64,000 nt of DNA, taken from assembly GCA_963803705.1 (NCBI GenBank), contig CAWDNU010000002.1, positions 32,753-96,752 of the forward strand. The letters run 5' to 3'. The DNA comes from an uncultured Pseudobdellovibrionaceae bacterium. GTDB lineage: Bacteria > Bdellovibrionota > Bdellovibrionia > Bdellovibrionales > UBA1609. This document shows positions 41,297 through 50,376 of this stretch, piece after piece. Every line of letters starts with the position of its first letter. Position 1 is the first letter of the stretch. Both the position numbers and the translations under genes were made by a program. The notes under the pieces were generated by a model. That model had not been told where the DNA came from, made no database searches, and saw nothing but the letters and a program-made list of their open reading frames with translations.

Positions 41297-42589
41297 TTGC
41301 TTAATTCTGAAATAAACGGTCATTCAATCAGCGATGGTTTTAAACAGCGAAATATAAAATTAAATGATGGCCAACTTAAAGCAGTCGAGCTGTTGGACTC
41401 AAATGAAAATGTCTTTTTAACGGGTCACGCCGGAACGGGTAAGTCGTTTGTGCTCAATCACTATCAAAGGCAACTTCAGCAACCTTTACCTATTTTAGCA
41501 AGCACTGGTGCTGCGGCGGTTTTGATTGATGGGCGAACTTTCCACGGTTACTTTGGCTTAGGCATAATGGAGGGCGGTCTTCAGCGAACCATCAAAAAAG
41601 CCGTAGGTAACAACCGCGTAAGAGCACGTCTAAGAAATGATTTTGCAGTGATTATCGATGAAATATCTATGATTCACCCCGACGCCTTTGAAGCTGCAAA
41701 CCAAATTGCTAAAATTGTCCGTGAAAGCGATGCTCCTTTTGGGGGCTTAAGACTGATTGTGGTGGGCGACTTTTTGCAGCTACCGCCGATCACTCCTTAC
41801 AACCAATCTGTGCAATGGTTATTCAATATGGATCTTTGGAAAGCTTTAGAATTTAAAGAAATTTATTTAAAAGAAACTATGAGAACAGATGAAAAAGATT
41901 TCATAAATATTTTGAACTGCATTAGAGAGGGCTGTGTCACTGATGAAGTCGAGACTTTTCTAAACTCTCGGTTGAAAAAAATTGAAGAAGATTTTAATGG
42001 AACTGTCTTATTCGGGCGCAGGAATCAAGCCGAAAGCTATAATATAAAAAAACTGAGCCAAATCGAAAGTGCGGAGGTGCTTTATGAAACTGAGGTGAAA
42101 GTAGCACCTAAAGTTCAAAAAACTAAAGAATCATTACTGTCCCTATCGCCGCTTCCAAAATTATTGAAGCTTAAAAAAGGCGCGCTTGTTATGCTTAGAA
42201 AAAACGATCCGGACCTAAAGTTTGTCAATGGATCTTTGGCAAGAGTGGACAGGCTTTTAGAGCAAGAGGTTAAAGTGACTCTTTTGTCTGGTGTAAAGGT
42301 AAATCTGTCTAAAGAAGAATTTCATATTTTAGATCCTGACGGCAGGAAAATGGCAACTATAACTAATTTTCCGATTAGTCTTGCGTGGGCCTCTACGATT
42401 CATAAATCACAAGGGGCTTCAATAGATTGCATTCATGTTGACTTGAGAAATCTTTGGGAGTGTGGTCAAGCCTATGTAGCTCTTAGCCGAGCTAGGTCGC
42501 CTGAAAATTTGTATATAGAAGGATGGGCTACCAAAAGTATAAAGGCAGACCAGAACGCTGTTAGATTTTATAGAAATTTGTGGAAATAG
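41297..42589 (+). CDS. Pif1-family (SF1B, RecD-like) DNA helicase
   Basis: TGHAGTGKS, IIDEISM, PFGG...VGDFLQLPP, VML.KN...VNGS, LAWASTIHKSQG, GQAYVALSR. Confidence 0.9.
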   Translation: MLNSEINGHSISDGFKQRNIKLNDGQLKAVELLDSNENVFLTGHAGTGKSFVLNHYQRQLQQPLPILASTGAAAVLIDGRTFHGYFGLGIMEGGLQRTIKKAVGNNRVRARLRNDFAVIIDEISMIHPDAFEAANQIAKIVRESDAPFGGLRLIVVGDFLQLPPITPYNQSVQWLFNMDLWKALEFKEIYLKETMRTDEKDFINILNCIREGCVTDEVETFLNSRLKKIEEDFNGTVLFGRRNQAESYNIKKLSQIESAEVLYETEVKVAPKVQKTKESLLSLSPLPKLLKLKKGALVMLRKNDPDLKFVNGSLARVDRLLEQEVKVTLLSGVKVNLSKEEFHILDPDGRKMATITNFPISLAWASTIHKSQGASIDCIHVDLRNLWECGQAYVALSRARSPENLYIEGWATKSIKADQNAVRFYRNLWK

Positions 42590-42650
42590 CCATGATTGTA
42601 AGTTAGTTAATTAGGCTCTATCCAAATTTTTTACTTCGAGGCAAATCTTA

Positions 42651-43550
42651 ATGAATTTTAAACCTGCAATTTTGATATCAATGATTTTAATGGGTGCAGT
42701 TCCCACGTTTGCTCAGGATGCCAGTGAAGAGCTAGCTAAAGAGACTAAAAACGCCTTTAAAAAGAGATTAAAAGAAGATAATAATGCCAACAAATTGCAA
42801 TATTCTTTTTTTGCTCATAAGCCATTTTATATTTTGCCATACTCTTACAGCTTTAACCCCACCAGAAGATCAGACACTTCACTAAGCGAGGTAGATCGAA
42901 CCGAGGTCAAATTTCAATTCAGCTTTAAGCTAAATATTTTGGACAGTTTTTACAACGATTACCTAAGACTTTCTTTTGCGTATACGAATCTATCATTTTG
43001 GCAACTGTATAATATTGATAACTCTAAGCCATTTCGAGAAACCAATCACGAGCCTGATTTTTTTTTGGAGTTTAAACCAGATGGAATCTCTTCACTGAAA
43101 AACAGTACAATTTATAGACTTGGTGTTGTCCATCAATCCAACGGCCAGAACGTAGAACTTTCCAGAGGGTGGAATAGAGTCTACGCACAAATTCTAACGG
43201 AACTTAAATATACGAATTTATCCTTAATGGTTTGGGACAGAATCCCCGAGAAAGCCAAAGAGTCTCCGACCGATCCAGAGGGTGATGACAACCCAGATAT
43301 TACGGATTTTATGGGTCATTTTGAGCTGCGAGCGAGTAGCAAATTTAAAGAAAACACTTTAAGTGTTATTTTAAGAAATAACTTGCAAAAGAATAATCGG
43401 GGAGCTGTTGAGATGAGCTTTAGTTTCCCAATTGGTACGAAATTCAAGGGTTACTTGCAATACTTTAACGGGTTTGGGGAAAGCTTAATAGATTATGATA
43501 GCTCAATTCAAAGATTCGGTGTGGGAATCGTAATGGCTGATTGGCTTTGA
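42651..43550 (+). CDS. pldA: Outer-membrane phospholipase A
   Basis: EVKFQFSFK, PFRETNHEP, HQSNG, RGWNRVY, QYFNGFGESLIDY. Confidence 0.9.
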   Translation: MNFKPAILISMILMGAVPTFAQDASEELAKETKNAFKKRLKEDNNANKLQYSFFAHKPFYILPYSYSFNPTRRSDTSLSEVDRTEVKFQFSFKLNILDSFYNDYLRLSFAYTNLSFWQLYNIDNSKPFRETNHEPDFFLEFKPDGISSLKNSTIYRLGVVHQSNGQNVELSRGWNRVYAQILTELKYTNLSLMVWDRIPEKAKESPTDPEGDDNPDITDFMGHFELRASSKFKENTLSVILRNNLQKNNRGAVEMSFSFPIGTKFKGYLQYFNGFGESLIDYDSSIQRFGVGIVMADWL

Positions 43551-43593
43551 GATTATTGTGACCTGTTGTTCTTGAAAATTCAGATGGGTATCA

Positions 43594-44202
43594 ATGGCCT
43601 CACCAGAGATTAATTTAAAGCTTACGTTGTTGTCTCAAGAGCTAGCAGAAACCGGCTATTTCATTTGTGATGATCTGTTAGAAAGAAATGAAGTTGTTAG
43701 ACTTATAAATACTTTCAATACAAAAAAAACTGAATTGAAACCTGCGTCCATCGGTGCCGGTTTGAAAAAAGTAGTTAGCCCTAAACTTAGATCAGATAAA
43801 ATTCTTTGGTTAGATGAAGATGACTTGGAACTAAAGTCTTATTTTTCATTAATCACGAATATAGCTAAAATTTTAAAATCTGAATTGTTCCTACCAATCC
43901 GACAGACTGAAACACAAATGGCAATTTACGAAAAGGATCAATTTTATGCTAAACATAAAGACAGACATACTCATCAAGGGCACAGATGGGTGACGGCCGT
44001 TTACTACCTGAACGATCATTGGAATTTGCAAGATGGTGGTGAACTAAAAATATACAGCAAATCAGATCTAGAAACTTCCAAAGTTATTGAGCCCATATCT
44101 AATAGACTTGTCGTTTTCTTTAGCGATTTAGAGCACGAGGTGCAAATTACAAATGCACCCAGAAAAAGTTTTACTACTTGGTTTAGAGACGACATAAGGT
44201 GA
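43594..44202 (+). CDS. 2OG-Fe(II) oxygenase, prolyl-hydroxylase (PHD/EGLN)-like
   Basis: RSDKILWL, FYAKHKD, YYLN..W...DGGEL, HEV, RKSFTTW. Confidence 0.88.
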   Translation: MASPEINLKLTLLSQELAETGYFICDDLLERNEVVRLINTFNTKKTELKPASIGAGLKKVVSPKLRSDKILWLDEDDLELKSYFSLITNIAKILKSELFLPIRQTETQMAIYEKDQFYAKHKDRHTHQGHRWVTAVYYLNDHWNLQDGGELKIYSKSDLETSKVIEPISNRLVVFFSDLEHEVQITNAPRKSFTTWFRDDIR

Positions 44203-44239
44203 TTGCAAGGCTAAATTTAAATAAGTCTTCAAACTACTG

Positions 44240-45469
44240 TTAGGGACAATCTACTTTGCTGTTCCCATCCAAGGCAAAATAGAGATGGTCAACTGGAAGC
44301 TGATCTCTTAAGTTCCATTTACAAGCTAGGTGTCCTTCAACTCTGGTTCTTTCTGCCTGTGAAAGTTTTAAAGAGAAACTTAAAATTTCTTTAATATCGT
44401 AATTTGCTCTGTAGTTTTTTGCACCCGAAGCGTGATTGAAACAGCCTAAGTTTTTCCATCCACTAGTTACTGTTTGAGTTTCACCACTGACGATTTGAAG
44501 GTTAGATGTCAAGTTATTTGCTCCGATGTTTTCCCCATAATTTGAAAATAAACCGCCATTTAATGCAATACGTCCTTGGTCATTGCCTGCTCCATCAAAG
44601 CTTATGGTGTAGTTTTGCGCTGTAGATAGGAAAATGTACCTAGCTGGATCAGCACTGCCGTAAAGTCCGTGAATTCCACCCTGAGCAGTTTGCGCACTTT
44701 CAATCACTACGAAAAATGAGCCCACATCAACTGGGGGCATTTCAAAACATTCGCCTTCGCTATTTGGGGCTGCCTCACCTTGAAACACTACTGCCATACT
44801 TGAGGAGTAAATGGGTCTGTTGAGTCCAACGGCTGTTGCATTTTTGTTCATGGGGCTTTTATCTAGCCAACATCCCACTGGGTCCCCATTGGCAACGCCT
44901 ATACCTGTACAGCTTTCACTCTCAAAAATAGTCTGAGAGTCTGCGGAGTCTAGCCATTGAGAAAGGCCTGCTTGGTGTTTTAAGTCATAGGTTTTCCAAC
45001 CTATCGACGAAGTCACAGTAGATTTATTGTTTGAGCTGTCAGTGGCTCTGATTGAGACATAGTGAACCTCATTGAATCTAGAGGTAAAATCAAATCCATC
45101 TATTCCATCAATGACCTGATAGAAATCATTGCCAGCAGCATCTGGGACTAGCTGCCAACCAGTAAGATTATCCAAATCACCAGTATCAAATCCATCACCA
45201 TCTTCGTCGAAACCTATTGCCAATTCATACTGAACAGGCCCCTGATCGTCAGTGCTTGGACTTGCAGACCAATCAACAGTCACAGATCTGTCATTAGCGG
45301 CGTTATTTGAAGTGATATTTAGCACTCCGACAGAAGTGGGGGGAGTGGTGTCAGCAGCCCCTGGATTGAAATAGGAATCAGCACTGGGGACTCCACCTAA
45401 TGGATTGGAGCAAGCCGTTACTGAAGCAAGGAAGAAGAAAGCCGTCAATAAAAGTGAGTAATCTTTCAT
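44240..45469 (-). CDS. Surface lipoprotein with FN3-like and LamG-like domains
   Basis: Lipobox VTAC; DTTPP...W..STDD...IRATD; WLDSAD...WLDKS; EGHLACKW. Confidence 0.7.
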   Translation of the reverse strand: MKDYSLLLTAFFFLASVTACSNPLGGVPSADSYFNPGAADTTPPTSVGVLNITSNNAANDRSVTVDWSASPSTDDQGPVQYELAIGFDEDGDGFDTGDLDNLTGWQLVPDAAGNDFYQVIDGIDGFDFTSRFNEVHYVSIRATDSSNNKSTVTSSIGWKTYDLKHQAGLSQWLDSADSQTIFESESCTGIGVANGDPVGCWLDKSPMNKNATAVGLNRPIYSSSMAVVFQGEAAPNSEGECFEMPPVDVGSFFVVIESAQTAQGGIHGLYGSADPARYIFLSTAQNYTISFDGAGNDQGRIALNGGLFSNYGENIGANNLTSNLQIVSGETQTVTSGWKNLGCFNHASGAKNYRANYDIKEILSFSLKLSQAERTRVEGHLACKWNLRDQLPVDHLYFALDGNSKVDCP

Positions 45470-45678
45470 ACACTACGTTTCGAGCTTTCTTAAGTGAGAC
45501 TTAAGTAAAAATTAAGAAAATATTAAATTTTGTTAACCGTTTGCCAGTTATAAGAGTCACGAACCGAGCCACCCAAAGAGATCATTAATATTCGTTGTGT
45601 TTTTGTTGCACTTAACTGGCCAGTTCTCAGAAATGAACCACCAAATTAACCGCCAGAATAAGGTAAATTGGTATGATG

Positions 45679-45916
45679 CTAGATGTCTTCGGATCCATCT
45701 TCTTTGTATGTGCTGTCGTGGTCGGGATGAAGGGAAATAAAAATCATATATTGTTCGTCCCTGCAGACTCTGGCTCTAAATTTTCTTGATCGATTTGATG
45801 AATTGGTCAAACTCGGAGTCTTGAAGTTCTGTAAGTTCATTTTGCAGCCTTGGAAAATCAAGATTACAAATTGCTTTTTCATGCTGGGCAGAAATTAGCT
45901 TTTTACTTTTTGGCAC
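45679..45916 (-). pseudogene. RelE-like toxin remnant, internally deleted and frameshifted
   Basis: GTG at 45916 overlaps the antitoxin end and gives MPKSKK...NLDFPRLQNEL...FIKSIKKI* (stop 45776); a second frame gives RKFRARVCRDEQYMIFISLHPDHDSTY..* to 45679. Confidence 0.6.
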
Positions 45917-46202
45917 GAGCTTGTCTGTGAACTTCTCTACGAGCTTTGATTTTATCTAGGACTTTTGAAGAGTCTGTCTTTTGAGAAGTGTTTTTTCCTT
46001 CCCAATCATTAAACTCATTTAAAGACTTCTGGGCCTCTGGAGTAAAAAAGACTTTCTGGTTATCAGGTGTGAAGCTCCCAGATTTAATGACTAGAACGCT
46101 GTCTGAGACGGTCTCAATGACTATATGCTTACCGGCCCATTCTTTACCAATACTGATTTGCCCGTTGCTAGCAACAGTTAATAACTTTTGTTTGGCACCC
46201 AT
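45903..46202 (-). CDS. AbrB/MazE-like antitoxin
   Basis: MGAKQKLLTVASNGQISIGKEWAG; GGAGG RBS before ATG 46202; overlaps the toxin remnant. Confidence 0.7.
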   Translation of the reverse strand: MGAKQKLLTVASNGQISIGKEWAGKHIVIETVSDSVLVIKSGSFTPDNQKVFFTPEAQKSLNEFNDWEGKNTSQKTDSSKVLDKIKARREVHRQARAKK

Positions 46203-46402
46203 AAGGCCCTCCAAATTTTTCATAATTACATGAATTCCTAAATTAAGCAATTCCTATTTTATTAATCGGTAAGCTTTGGGAATTTCTTTAAGTTTTAAAT
46301 AGCTAAAAAGCCTATTTAATATAGGCACTTATGTTTTTTTAAGGTGCTGATGCTTCAGCCTTAGCCAGGCTTGAATGCTTTTCCTAAAATTAAACTTTTA
46401 TT

Positions 46403-46696
46403 TTAACCTATCTTTTCTAGCGCTTTTTTTCTTTTTTCAACTTCAATGAAATCAGATTCGTTTTCATACCCATTAGGAAATAAAAGTTGAAGTGGGTTTA
46501 AGCCCATGTAAGCCGCAAGCTTTAAAGCTACTTTAGAGCCAACTTCAACACTGTCGTTTTCAATACCGCTTAAATTTGATTGGGGCATCTTGCAAGCATA
46601 AGACATATCTTTTTGTGAAACCTTAAAGGCTTCACGCCAAGATTTTATTATTGTTCCTGTCGTTGTTTGTTTTTTAAAAAGTTTTTCTGGTTTCAT
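46403..46696 (-). CDS. XRE/HigA-like HTH antitoxin
   Basis: IKSWREAFKVSQKDMS...QSNLSGIEND..VG..VALKLA; AGGAG RBS before ATG 46696. Confidence 0.82.
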   Translation of the reverse strand: MKPEKLFKKQTTTGTIIKSWREAFKVSQKDMSYACKMPQSNLSGIENDSVEVGSKVALKLAAYMGLNPLQLLFPNGYENESDFIEVEKRKKALEKIG

Positions 46697-46718
46697 AGTT
46701 ACTCCTATTTTTTTAATA

Positions 46719-47021
46719 TTATTTTTTGTAGTTGTGGGTCTTTGTAATTCTGGCAATTTGAATTAAAACTTTATCGCCCACAATTTCATAAATAATTCGC
46801 CCTCTGTTTGAAAATGAGGAAGACCGATAGCCTAGCCACTCATGCTCTAAAGCGTGATCATTCCAAAGCCCACCTCTTCGAATAGATTCAGGGCCGCTTA
46901 AACTCACACTTCTAATCCACTGCTGAATAACTTCAAGCTCACTGGAGGTAAATACACCAGAGTTTTTCATTTCTGTGACCTCATTTTCTACTTTTTTAGA
47001 CTCAAATTGAACCAACCACAT
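46719..47021 (-). CDS. RelE/YafQ/HigB-superfamily mRNA interferase toxin
   Basis: WNDHALEHEWLGYRSSSFSNRGRIIY...HNY; toxin-before-antitoxin order. Confidence 0.82.
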   Translation of the reverse strand: MWLVQFESKKVENEVTEMKNSGVFTSSELEVIQQWIRSVSLSGPESIRRGGLWNDHALEHEWLGYRSSSFSNRGRIIYEIVGDKVLIQIARITKTHNYKK

Positions 47022-47027
47022 TCCTTA

Positions 47028-47049
47028 AATATACTATAATTAGTATATT
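47028..47049. promoter_or_regulatory. Putative TA operator (inverted repeat)
   Basis: AATATACTA-TAAT-TAGTATATT just upstream of the toxin ATG, at a candidate TTGAAG-N17-TAATAT promoter on the - strand. Confidence 0.55.
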
Positions 47050-47208
47050 AAATAAAGTAATATTTTGCTTCAAATCGAATATAAGTGGTATTGACGAAAA
47101 TTTAGGGACCATCATGTGCGGTTTATTTGTTAATAGTTTCATTGGAAAACATTTCAAAATCGTTGAACAGGAAAGAGCTTTAATCTGGATTATGTTAATC
47201 AAAGTCCT

Positions 47209-50200
47209 ATGAGGGTTCTGGGATTTCTAGTCATATTTTTTGTGAATACAACTTTGGTTCATGCCAATCATTGCGTGAGCTTTTTGTCGCCATCAAGCCC
47301 AGATACAGAGTCTAAAAAGCCAGCCCTAATAGAAGTAACTGACACCGAGAGTTTTTTTGAAGCTATGACCCAGGGACTTATTCTAAACAAAAACCAATCA
47401 AGCCTTTTTGAGTTTTATCGCACTCGTTTTGGCGACCCTAAAATAAGTGTGGATAATCAAACCTTAGTTTCTGTCTTACAAATTCTTGCAAAGCATCCCG
47501 AGCTAGATAAACCTCTTTTTCGTGAACAGATTTTAGAGCGTGTTGCAAAAGTTTATCAACCCACAAAAGAACTCAAGTCCTTCATTCAAAAACAACTGCG
47601 TTCAGCTGGCCAAATGCGTAGCAACCTTTTTCAAATTGATGCTAATCTTGGGTACTGGAAAAAGCTAATCCCTGCTGATAATCCAGAGCTTTTCAATCGT
47701 ATACTTAATTTGATTGCCAATGAAAAATCCAAAGAAATTTTAAAACAAACAAACTCAGATACATCCACTGCAAATAGTAAGGCTTTATTTCATGCTTTAA
47801 GGCATTATAGGCGATGGTTAAAAACCCAACCAGATTCACAAAAGTATTTAGAACGAGTTCAGCAAGCCATGGTGGATTTGGTTCATGTCGCTGGCTTTTT
47901 TAATTCAAATCTTGTGGATCATTTTAAAACCCCGGATGCCATCCAGCAGATTCATGCCTATCGAAAAATCTTAGATGCTCGAGAAGAGCTAGCTATGGAA
48001 ATAGGTGGAGGAGGTCACCTTTCAGAACTTCAAGAGATATTTGGTGTGCTTTCACCTACGGGGATAGACCCTAAGCTTGCTAGAAGAGATCCAACCACAA
48101 ATGAAGATGGCTTAACTTTAAAGCTTGCGCAGTTTGAAAGAGAAGCCTTAGAGAGTGAGTTTACATCAAAACCTTTAGAGGCCATTCGAATTAGATCTCT
48201 TTCCATCATTGAGGCGCCTTTTAGATCTTGCCTTGGGGGGTCAGATTGTTCGACTAGGACTTATTTTTCAAAAGCCTTAGATCCAAACTTTTATTATTTC
48301 ACGATGACAGATCATCAAAATTACTCTTCAGGTCACATCACAGTGGTGCTTGGCACAGCAAAAGATGCTGAAGGTAAAGAGGTTCAAATTGCCTTCATTG
48401 ATAAAATTCAAAATGTGCCTAACGACGTGTTACCAATTTTTTTAGAAGGTGTTAGAAGATCTTTAGCTGAACAAAATTACAAACTTGTAATGCCAAAGGA
48501 AGTTGGTAACGAAAATGGACTTTCAAATATTGAAGGCACTCGAAGTTTTGTCCGTACAACACTCATTTCCACTTACATTAAAGAGTTAAGTGAGTTTGTG
48601 CCACAACCTAACGATTATAAGTTTGATAGCAAATACTCCCGTGCTTACAACGGATTATCGGTTCTACTTGTTGAGCCCCAAGATTTACAAAATGATGTAA
48701 GGATTAGTCCTGGGGATCTTCACGCGCCACGAGCAGCGCCAACAGAATTAAATATAGATTTACTCTTAGAACCTATTCTGCGGTTGGGAGAGTCCCAACA
48801 GGAGGCAGATCTTTTACAGTATCTTGCACTTTCACAAAGTGTGGAAGGCATTTCAAAGTTTGGCTTTGATGTTGAACAGTACTGGGAACAGGTTGAGTCT
48901 ATCTTTCAAAATACAACAAGTGATGCTATTAAAAAGCAGGCTTTGTATGCTTTAATTTTAAATAGGCAAAGAGATGTGTTGTTGGTTGAGACCAACTTTA
49001 CGCCTGAGCTTTGGCAGCAACTTTTGGGTGAAGTTCCAAATTGGGCCAGTAGCTCTAACCAATCCAGAAAAATGGCTTGGGAACGGCTTTCTAGCTTTGA
49101 TTTTAGCTTTCTTAAACTACCTATTGATGTGGTTAAACTTTATCTAAAATCGCCATTTATCAATATAAACTCTAAAATTAATAGTAGCGGAAATTCAGTT
49201 TTATTTAGTGCAATTACTTCCAAAGCTTCAATAGATGTAATAAATTTGCTTTTAAATACACCTGGTATTGATGTTAATTTAAAAAATAATGCTGGTGAAA
49301 CTGTTTTAATTGCTGCATCTGAAGCGGGGAATGTTGAGGCTGTAGAATTGCTTTTAAAAACACCGGGCATTGATATTAATTTAAAACGTAATGAAGGAAC
49401 GACAGCTTTAATGTTGGCTGCTAAGAATGGTCATTTAAATGTGGTCCGGTTATTATTAAACGCACCAGAGATCAACATAAATGAAAGTTATGATTATGGA
49501 AAAACGGCTCTAACTTTGGCTTATGTTAGTGGTCATAAGAATGTAGTTGATTTTCTGATTTCTTTTCCAGGCGTAGATATTTCACCGGCTTTAAACTACA
49601 TAGTAGAAAAAGAGGATGTTGCCATATTTAAAAAGATTTTAGCTTTGCCCAACTTTAAAAAAGCAACTTTAGGGCCCTTAGCAGTTGTAATGGCCATGTA
49701 TAATGACAGACACGATATTTTTGAAGTTCTGCTTCAAAATCCGGAAATTGATATAAATAGCTCTGTATGGTATTTGAGAGAAGATAATAGCCCCCTTCAT
49801 TCTGCAACTGGGATGCAAAAATTAGAATTCTTAAAAATGCTTCTTAACAATTCTAGATTAAATGTAAATTTAGCCCCGGCCCATGGTATTTATCGACCCA
49901 CCGCCCTTCATAAGGCGGCAGAAATCGGAAACCAAGAAATAATTAAACTCTTATTCAAACATAATGATATCGATCTGAATGCCAAAGATAAGCTTGGAAA
50001 GAGACCTATTCATTATGCCAGAGAATTGGAAGTAGTTAGGTTGTTCACCGCGAATCACGGTGTTGACATCAATGCCAGAGATTCAAACGGATGGACAATG
50101 CTACATCTTGCAATTGCCTTCGACTCAACTGAAATAGTTAAATTTCTTTTGCAGCAAGGGAATTTGGACCTAAATATTCGAGACTGTAATAATGATACTC

Positions 50201-50376
50201 CATTGCACTTGGCTATTAGAAGGGGAAAATTAGAAATTGCAAAACTGTTGATTGGTGATCAAAGGGTTTTAGTTGGCTTGAAAGGAAGTTTCGGTATGAC
50301 AGCTCTTGAGATGGCCAGGCAACAAAATCATCAAGATCTTGTTGATAAACTTATTGGGCGTGGTGCAGAGGAATGA
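47209..50376 (+). CDS. Exported protein with an unknown N-terminal domain and C-terminal ankyrin repeats
   Basis: Signal peptide ending VHA; about ten G.T[AP]L..A...G..E.V.LLL repeats from roughly aa 660 onward. Confidence 0.88.
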   Translation: MRVLGFLVIFFVNTTLVHANHCVSFLSPSSPDTESKKPALIEVTDTESFFEAMTQGLILNKNQSSLFEFYRTRFGDPKISVDNQTLVSVLQILAKHPELDKPLFREQILERVAKVYQPTKELKSFIQKQLRSAGQMRSNLFQIDANLGYWKKLIPADNPELFNRILNLIANEKSKEILKQTNSDTSTANSKALFHALRHYRRWLKTQPDSQKYLERVQQAMVDLVHVAGFFNSNLVDHFKTPDAIQQIHAYRKILDAREELAMEIGGGGHLSELQEIFGVLSPTGIDPKLARRDPTTNEDGLTLKLAQFEREALESEFTSKPLEAIRIRSLSIIEAPFRSCLGGSDCSTRTYFSKALDPNFYYFTMTDHQNYSSGHITVVLGTAKDAEGKEVQIAFIDKIQNVPNDVLPIFLEGVRRSLAEQNYKLVMPKEVGNENGLSNIEGTRSFVRTTLISTYIKELSEFVPQPNDYKFDSKYSRAYNGLSVLLVEPQDLQNDVRISPGDLHAPRAAPTELNIDLLLEPILRLGESQQEADLLQYLALSQSVEGISKFGFDVEQYWEQVESIFQNTTSDAIKKQALYALILNRQRDVLLVETNFTPELWQQLLGEVPNWASSSNQSRKMAWERLSSFDFSFLKLPIDVVKLYLKSPFININSKINSSGNSVLFSAITSKASIDVINLLLNTPGIDVNLKNNAGETVLIAASEAGNVEAVELLLKTPGIDINLKRNEGTTALMLAAKNGHLNVVRLLLNAPEININESYDYGKTALTLAYVSGHKNVVDFLISFPGVDISPALNYIVEKEDVAIFKKILALPNFKKATLGPLAVVMAMYNDRHDIFEVLLQNPEIDINSSVWYLREDNSPLHSATGMQKLEFLKMLLNNSRLNVNLAPAHGIYRPTALHKAAEIGNQEIIKLLFKHNDIDLNAKDKLGKRPIHYARELEVVRLFTANHGVDINARDSNGWTMLHLAIAFDSTEIVKFLLQQGNLDLNIRDCNNDTPLHLAIRRGKLEIAKLLIGDQRVLVGLKGSFGMTALEMARQQNHQDLVDKLIGRGAEE

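Noticed and set aside
45679..45882. 67-aa ORF as a real gene
   Set aside because: Better explained as the out-of-frame read-in to the C-terminal fragment of a broken toxin that starts at 45916.
47002..47202. 66-aa ORF upstream of the toxin
   Set aside because: Spans the AT-rich divergent promoter/operator region; no RBS or motifs.
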